This document shows positions 36,432-42,133 of a DNA stretch of 42,133 nucleotides, piece by piece. Location of the stretch: contig JAUZOU010000001.1 of NCBI GenBank assembly GCA_030706285.1, forward strand, positions 1-42,133, given 5' to 3'. Below the pieces are notes generated by a model. That model ran no database searches. It had not been told where the DNA came from and saw only the letters and a list, made by a program, of their open reading frames with translations. Every line of letters starts with the position of its first letter. Position 1 is the stretch's first letter. This DNA comes from Bacteroidota bacterium. GTDB lineage: Bacteria; Bacteroidota; Bacteroidia; Bacteroidales; UBA1402. The translations under genes were made by a program, and so were the position numbers.

Positions 36432-38012
36432 TCAATGAGCCAATCCTGAACCAAAAACAAAGGCTTTAGTCACATATATTTTTGTGCCTGTCGATTCAGG
36501 CCTTTTTTCACCTTTAACCACCAACTTGATGGTATGATTACCCGGTTTTAAATTCATAATATGCCAAATGCTGGTTGTGTGTTGCTGATTGGCATAGGCA
36601 TAATACGTATCAATTGTTTGATGCCATTGACCGTCAACAAATACATCTGCTTTACCACCGTCTTTGTACCAATTCCCTTCTATTGAAATACCAGTCCCGT
36701 TAAAATTCAATTCTAACGCATCTCCGACATTTGCAGCCACCATTGACTGTTTTTCGACTTTCCTCTGCCAAGTAGTTATTTCATATACTTTCCAACACCC
36801 TGTAAACTTAAAATCCATGGCATCAAAAACTGATATCATTTTTTTGAATACAGCATTAGGATAAGACACTTCCAGAGGTAAAGGCTTTGGATGTTGAGTT
36901 TTGATAGCTATTTCCTTATCGGACACAGTGCCTCCTTCTTTTTGTATCCATTTAAGAGCATACTTATAGGTACTATTGACGGCTGTATAAAAAGAGTAAG
37001 TCGTGTTGACAAACAAGGAGTCACCAACAGCGACCACACCATCTTGCATAGTTTTTGGCAATCCTTTAAACCCTTTTATCACTCCAAGTACAGCCATAGC
37101 ATTAGAAGGATTGCAATCTGAATCCTGTCCACAACGTGTAGTAATTTCAATGGTCTTCATCGCATCTCCGTTTCCGTACAATAAGCCTATTGCGACATAG
37201 GCACCATTAAGTTTTGCATCAATATTAAAATCCTGCCCTGCACCACAAATGTCAGACTTGCCCCATTTTGATTCGATGGCATGCCAAGTGGCTCTCCAGT
37301 CTTCCGGATATTGTTTGTGATATTGAAGGACATCCCGGATAATGGCATAGTAGGCACTCTTCTTCGGAAGAGATTGAAGAGCTTTATCAATTATCGTAGG
37401 GATATCCGATTCAAAAAAAGCTTGACAATACAGTGACGCGATAAATGCACCTCCATATACACCATCACCATAATTCATGATATGTCCTATTTTATCGGCC
37501 AATCTTGTTGCTGTTTGAGGCATTCCAGGGCACATAAAGCCTAGATAATCAGATTCAATCTGGAAATCAATGTCATCAGCATGCATACTATATATAGGAC
37601 TACCGGAGAGTGGAGGAAATATGCTGTCAAAATAGTTCTTACGTGTCTGCATATTGGCATGCCACAATTGATAACCTGCCTTTGCCAACATTTCCTGATA
37701 TGTTTTTGCAGGCGTTTCCATACCATATTTATCCATGGTCATTAGAAAGGTAAGCTGCACATAAACATCATCTTGCCACATACTGCCTTTGATATCTTTG
37801 GGAGTCCAATGAATGGAGTCTTCAAAAATGCGGTTCATTGCTCTAAACTCTGTAGGAGCTCCATAGGTTACTCCTATCATCTTCCCAGCCCATCCTCCGG
37901 CTATTTTGTCCTTAAGTTTATCAGACGAAATAGTTCTGAATGATTCGGCAGCAACATTACCTGAAAGTATTACCAAAGCCAAAATCCATACGATATATAA
38001 GTTGTTTTTCAT
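36432..38012 (-). CDS. Secreted ADP-ribosylglycohydrolase (ARH/DraG)-fold protein with a C-terminal beta-sandwich-like module
   Basis: Signal peptide MKNNLYIVWILALVILSGNVAAE. ARH-type motifs GGWAGKMIGVTYGAPTEF, WQDDVY and CGQDSDCNPSNAMAVLGV. A tail of about 140 aa follows (GNWYKDGGKADVFVDGQW...IKLVVKGEK). Confidence 0.75.
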   Translation of the reverse strand: MKNNLYIVWILALVILSGNVAAESFRTISSDKLKDKIAGGWAGKMIGVTYGAPTEFRAMNRIFEDSIHWTPKDIKGSMWQDDVYVQLTFLMTMDKYGMETPAKTYQEMLAKAGYQLWHANMQTRKNYFDSIFPPLSGSPIYSMHADDIDFQIESDYLGFMCPGMPQTATRLADKIGHIMNYGDGVYGGAFIASLYCQAFFESDIPTIIDKALQSLPKKSAYYAIIRDVLQYHKQYPEDWRATWHAIESKWGKSDICGAGQDFNIDAKLNGAYVAIGLLYGNGDAMKTIEITTRCGQDSDCNPSNAMAVLGVIKGFKGLPKTMQDGVVAVGDSLFVNTTYSFYTAVNSTYKYALKWIQKEGGTVSDKEIAIKTQHPKPLPLEVSYPNAVFKKMISVFDAMDFKFTGCWKVYEITTWQRKVEKQSMVAANVGDALELNFNGTGISIEGNWYKDGGKADVFVDGQWHQTIDTYYAYANQQHTTSIWHIMNLKPGNHTIKLVVKGEKRPESTGTKIYVTKAFVFGSGLAH

Positions 38013-38163
38013 ACGATACTTTTGTTATTTCATTGAGGTTACATATAGCACATCCCATCTAAAGATAGACTCGAACGTTTTTTTCACAGCAGCAGACCAA
38101 ACTAGCTATAATTCATAAGCAATTTGCTGTTCATTTATTACACAATTGATTATTAATACATTA

Positions 38164-38191
38164 GATCATTCAGATTTTTTACTGAACGATC
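38164..38191. promoter_or_regulatory. Inverted repeat GATCATTCAG-N8-CTGAACGATC in the divergent ARH/regulator intergenic region
   Basis: 9 of 10 positions are complementary. It lies about 150 nt upstream of the ARH ATG and has no flanking U-tract, so it is more likely a protein-binding site than a terminator. Confidence 0.3.
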
Positions 38192-38263
38192 AGGGTGTAA
38201 AAAGTACAACATATTTCAGGGGGGCAAATATATACTGACATTTCATCATCTCCAAATAAAACC

Positions 38264-38337
38264 GTGTATATTTCACACTAAGTGCAATTATTTTTATAAA
38301 AAAATATAATTTCCATGAAATAGTGTACTATTCACAC
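38264..38337. promoter_or_regulatory. Two copies of a 15-bp dyad motif GTGTAnnnTTCACAC (candidate operator for the adjacent Nudix-type regulator)
   Basis: GTGTATATTTCACAC at 38264-38278 and GTGTACTATTCACAC at 38323-38337, which is 12 of 15 identical with a GTGT/ACAC dyad. Both lie just upstream of the regulator gene. Confidence 0.35.
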
Positions 38338-38368
38338 CGTAAGACTTCAATATTATGTTTTTTAAACT

Positions 38369-38376
38369 TATATTTG
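38369..38376 (+). promoter_or_regulatory. Bacteroidota-type -7 promoter element (TAnnTTTG) for the regulator gene
   Basis: TATATTTG lies 18 nt upstream of the ATG at 38394. This argues for 38394 rather than 38355 as the start. Confidence 0.35.
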
Positions 38377-38393
38377 TAGAAAAATTAATTGCT

Positions 38394-39152
38394 ATGTTTT
38401 CATCAACTAATTCAGCAAGCAATCCGGATTCTGAGAAAATCTTGGAAAATATATCGGTCGATTGTGTCATCTTCGGATACGACGAAAACGAACTTAAAGT
38501 ACTGGTACGCAAGGAGTCAGTTCTATTCAACAATAGTATATACACAGAGTGGAAACTTCCCGGAAATCACGTACGAAGAAATGAAACAATTGATGCGACA
38601 GCGCTCCGAATATTAAAAGAACAAACAGGTCTTGAAAAAATCTATGTCAAGCAGTTCATGGTTTTCAGTGATCCGGATCGCCTAAAGAAAAGAAACCAAG
38701 ATTATGAATGGATAAAGCCTAGACTAATCGATGACAGGGTATTAACAGTCGGATTTTATTCGTTGATAAATATAAAGGACATTGACAATAGCCTTTTGAT
38801 TGAAGATGCAAAATGGACAAATGCTTATGACATCAAAGAGCTGATGTTTGATCATAAGGAAATTTTTGATGAAGCATTACTAAAATTACGGTACGATTTA
38901 CTACATGATCCGATCGTTTTCGAGCTTTTGCCTAGAAAGTTCACGCTGACCCAGATGCAGCGTTTGTATGAGGCAATATTCAATACGGTGTACGATAAAC
39001 GAAATTTCAGAAAAAAGGTAGGTAAAATACAATATGTGATTCCACTTAACGAAACACAAACAAAAGTACCCCATAGCCCGGCAAGGTATTATATGTTCGA
39101 CAGGAACTTATACGAACAAACCAAAAGAGACCGGTTTGATTTCAAAATATAA
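38394..39152 (+). CDS. NrtR-like transcriptional regulator: degenerate Nudix domain plus C-terminal winged-helix domain
   Basis: VDCVIFGYDENELKVLV...WKLPGNHVRRNETIDATALRILKEQTGL is a Nudix box with catalytic Glu positions replaced (RI for RE, EQ for EE). The C-terminal FTLTQMQRLYEAIFNTVYDKRNFRKK is typical of the NrtR wHTH. Confidence 0.8.
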   Translation: MFSSTNSASNPDSEKILENISVDCVIFGYDENELKVLVRKESVLFNNSIYTEWKLPGNHVRRNETIDATALRILKEQTGLEKIYVKQFMVFSDPDRLKKRNQDYEWIKPRLIDDRVLTVGFYSLINIKDIDNSLLIEDAKWTNAYDIKELMFDHKEIFDEALLKLRYDLLHDPIVFELLPRKFTLTQMQRLYEAIFNTVYDKRNFRKKVGKIQYVIPLNETQTKVPHSPARYYMFDRNLYEQTKRDRFDFKI

Positions 39153-39187
39153 TTAAAGCTCATTCTGGAATTTTTTCCAAGGTTCGC

Positions 39188-39472
39188 TCAAATTGACAGC
39201 TTGTCCTTTCCTGTTAGTGTATTTGTCAACTTAATGATAAAAATATAGACGATAGGCACAAGTGAACAAGCATTGGCCCAAATCAACGGCCGATTTTTAA
39301 GTAATATTCCATAAACAAGCCATAAAGAAATGCAGGCAACAATCAAAATATACATGAATAAGGATATGCTATTGGTATCTTTTGAACGAATTACTTTGAT
39401 AGCTTGAGGAAATTGGTTTGCTACAGACAACAATGAAGCTAAAAAACCAATTGTTTCTACGGGATTTGTCAT
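39188..39472 (-). CDS. SemiSWEET (PQ-loop / MtN3-type) 3-TM sugar transporter
   Basis: 94 aa with three TM helices. It has the PQ motif FLASLLSVANQFPQAIKVIRSKDTNSISL. Confidence 0.85.
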   Translation of the reverse strand: MTNPVETIGFLASLLSVANQFPQAIKVIRSKDTNSISLFMYILIVACISLWLVYGILLKNRPLIWANACSLVPIVYIFIIKLTNTLTGKDKLSI

Positions 39473-39713
39473 GATGACTTTTTAGTATTCTTCTTTATTG
39501 GTATTCAAGGTTAATTAAAATAGCGCACCTCAGGATTAAGCCTAGACCTATTCATACTTAATGCAATAGGTTACAAATAGCCTGATGATAGCCACCACAA
39601 TCGGATCAGCCGGATTAGCATAGGCAGAACCTTTTTGTCTTATTGAGCGCTAAAGATACCGCTTTTTATCAGCAAGTACTCATACGGCAATAATAATAAA
39701 ATGCTGTTCGAAT

Positions 39714-42133
39714 TTATAGTACCACCAGTTTACACGAACACTGCTGGTCGCCAGCTTTCAACCGGCACAGGTAGATCCCTTTTTCAAAACCATCAAGGGA
39801 CAGAGGCATATCATACGTCGTTCCATCCTCTGTTTTCATGGTTGTAACGTGTTGAATCAGCTGGCCACTTAGCTGATAAACGGAAATGATTGCCTGAGCT
39901 GAGATACCGGTGCTGAAATGAATGAGGGCTTCACTGGAGGAACAGTTCGATATGGAAATAAAGAAACCCGCCTGCTTGTCGAGCAGCATCTGCGTCGTTA
40001 GTACTGTACCTTCCTGCAATTCATAGGGTCCTAAATCACGCGCGGTACCATAAATGGGTTGGTCGAGAAACGGATATTCCGACGTAAAGGGTTCGAAGAG
40101 ATTCAGGCCTTTGTCCAGCAGCACGCTCCCACTTTTCAATCTGGCAAATTTCGTCGGAAGACTGCCGTCGGTGCCTCTAGGTGCTTTGGCGTCATCTTCC
40201 GACAAACTGACGTAATCGCCGTACGAAAAACCTCTAACCGGATTGTTCCAGGCTTCATCTGTCGTGGAAAGCATGGCATTGTGGCTGTTTGTACTACCTG
40301 CACATATTTCAATGTTGCCAAAGCAGACATTGTTGATATACTCGCAATCATAACTGTTTTTTTCAAACATGAAATCATAGCCACAGCCAAAAGCCAGGCA
40401 ATTGACAAGTTTCACACCACCACCGTGGCTGTTTTGATCGAATCCTTTGACAGAACCCGTTTTATTACAGTTGAAGGCAACACAGTTATACACTTCGTGC
40501 TTACCTTTAGAAGAACCGCCGGTACCGTTTCCACCTAACTTGATGCCATTGCCGTTGCCCTGGAAGGAGCCGGAAGCCGAAACCCAGGTAAAGTTCGCCT
40601 CTCTGCCTGATCCCCAGGCCCAACATTCAATAAGATAGACCGGATAATCCGTTTCATACAGATCAAAGCCATCATCGGCATTATCCCATGAACGGCAACG
40701 GATAAATCTGTTTCTCAGTCCATTGTGCATCTTGCAGGCAAAGCCATCCGCATCACTGCCAAAATTGTCCGCATCACAATTAAGGTAAGAATCACAGTCA
40801 ACAATATCATTATAAGCACAATGGCTTCCGTCATTGGAAGAGCCAAAGCCAGAAACGGAAAAATCGTGTCCAAATCCCAGCTGCAAACCGGAATCATCAT
40901 TATAGCTGAACGTGCATCGTTCAATCAGGTTATGATTTCCTTCCACTTTGATGGCATTATCTCCTGCTTCAGTGATATGCAGCCCTCGCAAGTAACAATA
41001 ATCACCATTCAGCTGAATACCGCGGATTCCCTGCTTCTTTGGCTGACTTTTAAAATTCAAAACCGGATATTCACCCGGATAATTCACGATGCAGATTCGA
41101 TGGCCGGCTGTTCCGGAACCGGTGAGCCGGACAGTGGTCTTCGTGCCGTCTTTCATCATCGTCGGATAATAGATGCCTCCCCTGCAAACGATGGAGTCAC
41201 CTGCAACAGCCGAGTCAACCGCTTTTTGAAGGTTATACCAGGGAGATTCGAAACTACCGTCATTACTATCGCTGCCATTGGGAGAAATGAAATAAATATG
41301 CTGGTCGGTATCGGATCCGGTACCGGTCAGCAACAGGTTTGTTGAGGTACCTCCTCCCGATAATTTCAGTGTATCAGCATAAGTAGTCATTGCTGATGGC
41401 AGAAACTGAACATAGATGGTCATCGAATCAATACGACTTCCTGTATAGGAAACAGTCAAGCTCTTGGAAAAATGGCCTGACAAAGAATCCGACACTTGGA
41501 AATTGTCCGTACCTGTCAAGATAAGGTTATCCACGGCAGGTTTCAGGTATCTCGCCGACATAATGAAGCTGCGTTTCGTCGCATGACCGGTTTTCTGCGT
41601 CCCAAAAGCTATCGTCGAAAGGCTGCTTGTAATGCCAGGTTCTTCGTCAGTGCGTTGCTCCAGCTTACCTGGATTTATTGTTAAATAGTTACAGGACTCA
41701 CCGGTTCCATTGTATTCAAACACAGCAAAGCAATACGTTTCTCCAGGTTGGAGGCCAGTGACAGAGATACTGTCAACATCGGAGGCACTGACAGCTACCA
41801 CATTTGTATCAACCACTTTAGGCAAACCGGTATAACCGGTACCATCTGTTGGCGTCCAGCTGACGTCATTACCTTTTGAATAGACCAACAAACGGCTCTT
41901 CCCGTTTCCTTTTTTAATATGGATCGTAACGGTTGTACCGGCCACAGCGGACACAGTAAGAGAGGCTTGTTGGGAAGGTTCATCGCCCATTCCGGAAGCA
42001 GAGACGCAGACATTGTCCACATAAATAGTGGCAGAAGTGCAAACAAACCGTATCAGAACAGCCTTCGTTCCTGGCTCTCCCACCTGCATGGAGGATGAGC
42101 CATAAGTGGAGGATGAACTGACGGTCGCCGTAC
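39714..42133 (-). CDS. Large secreted right-handed beta-helix (pectate-lyase-fold) protein with Fn3/ASH-like N-terminal domains and a T9SS C-terminal sorting domain; 5' end probably outside the window
   Basis: The reading frame stays open upstream of the track ATG (42089) to the window edge (...TATVSSSSTYGSSSMQVGE...). YFISPNGSDSNDGSFESPWYNLQKAVDSAVAGDSIVCRGGIYY is followed by repeated beta-helix coils. The C-terminal ISVYQLSGQLI...GIYLCRLKAGDQQCSCKLVVL matches the Por/T9SS CTD pattern. Confidence 0.8.
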   Translation of the reverse strand, partial: TATVSSSSTYGSSSMQVGEPGTKAVLIRFVCTSATIYVDNVCVSASGMGDEPSQQASLTVSAVAGTTVTIHIKKGNGKSRLLVYSKGNDVSWTPTDGTGYTGLPKVVDTNVVAVSASDVDSISVTGLQPGETYCFAVFEYNGTGESCNYLTINPGKLEQRTDEEPGITSSLSTIAFGTQKTGHATKRSFIMSARYLKPAVDNLILTGTDNFQVSDSLSGHFSKSLTVSYTGSRIDSMTIYVQFLPSAMTTYADTLKLSGGGTSTNLLLTGTGSDTDQHIYFISPNGSDSNDGSFESPWYNLQKAVDSAVAGDSIVCRGGIYYPTMMKDGTKTTVRLTGSGTAGHRICIVNYPGEYPVLNFKSQPKKQGIRGIQLNGDYCYLRGLHITEAGDNAIKVEGNHNLIERCTFSYNDDSGLQLGFGHDFSVSGFGSSNDGSHCAYNDIVDCDSYLNCDADNFGSDADGFACKMHNGLRNRFIRCRSWDNADDGFDLYETDYPVYLIECWAWGSGREANFTWVSASGSFQGNGNGIKLGGNGTGGSSKGKHEVYNCVAFNCNKTGSVKGFDQNSHGGGVKLVNCLAFGCGYDFMFEKNSYDCEYINNVCFGNIEICAGSTNSHNAMLSTTDEAWNNPVRGFSYGDYVSLSEDDAKAPRGTDGSLPTKFARLKSGSVLLDKGLNLFEPFTSEYPFLDQPIYGTARDLGPYELQEGTVLTTQMLLDKQAGFFISISNCSSSEALIHFSTGISAQAIISVYQLSGQLIQHVTTMKTEDGTTYDMPLSLDGFEKGIYLCRLKAGDQQCSCKLVVL

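Noticed and set aside
38294-38545. 83-aa minus-strand ORF overlapping the regulator start and the intergenic operator region
   Set aside because: It is AT-rich and low-complexity, overlaps the well-supported NrtR-like CDS, and would have no promoter space.
39161-39181. TGGAA-tttt-TTCCA hairpin between the convergent regulator and SemiSWEET genes as a bidirectional terminator
   Set aside because: The stem is only 5 bp and AT-rich, too weak to call from sequence alone.
40059-41345. 159-aa and 206-aa plus-strand ORFs opposite the beta-helix gene
   Set aside because: They lie antisense to a long ORF with a recognisable beta-helix and T9SS CTD. The repetitive coding sequence keeps the opposite strand open by chance.
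1-42133. Looked for CRISPR repeats, tRNA T-loop/acceptor patterns, rRNA, IS inverted repeats, integrase or transposase ORFs, toxin-antitoxin pairs, and restriction or other defence genes
   Set aside because: None were recognised by eye. The only mobile-element hint is the decayed, ORF-free stretch at 3224-3960, reported separately with low confidence.

Overview
This is a Bacteroidota-type chromosomal segment. It has a SusC/SusD pair, a T9SS C-terminal sorting domain and TAnnTTTG-type promoter boxes, and almost every gene is on the minus strand.

Contents from left to right:
1. A cobalamin riboswitch controls btuF/btuC-like ABC uptake genes. The permease runs off the left edge and is absent from the ORF track.
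2. Three small envelope genes follow: a Bor-like lipoprotein, a 2-TM peptide and a PEGA+SHOCT lipoprotein.
3. About 1 kb without ORFs leads into a visibly AT-rich three-gene block: a TylF-type methyltransferase that may be frameshifted, a membrane 4Fe-4S protein and a Rossmann FAD/NAD(P) oxidoreductase.
4. A stand-alone ACR3 arsenite carrier has a GATC-dense leader.
5. A tightly packed 7-gene sugar catabolic operon encodes split transketolase, an FGGY kinase, an L-fucose-isomerase-family enzyme, a DMT sugar permease, a signal-less periplasmic-binding-fold protein and a DeoR regulator. A TTCGTT/AACGAA repeat array lies in its promoter.
6. An acyltransferase-3 membrane protein.
7. An 11-gene co-directional polysaccharide utilisation locus: secreted ADP-ribosylglycohydrolase-fold protein, SusC, SusD, metallophosphoesterase, GH16, GH30, GH3, GH5+CBM, SASA-type esterase, a GH36-like enzyme and GH31.
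8. A divergent Nudix/NrtR-like regulator, a SemiSWEET and a 5'-partial T9SS beta-helix protein.

I saw no rRNA, tRNA, CRISPR array, intact transposase or integrase, or recognisable defence system.

The most unusual items are:
- The secreted ARH-fold protein, metallophosphoesterase and Nudix-type regulator attached to an otherwise beta-glucan-type PUL.
- The transketolase-dependent sugar operon with a cytoplasmic binding-protein-fold gene.

All family calls come from motif recognition by eye. No searches or computations were run.
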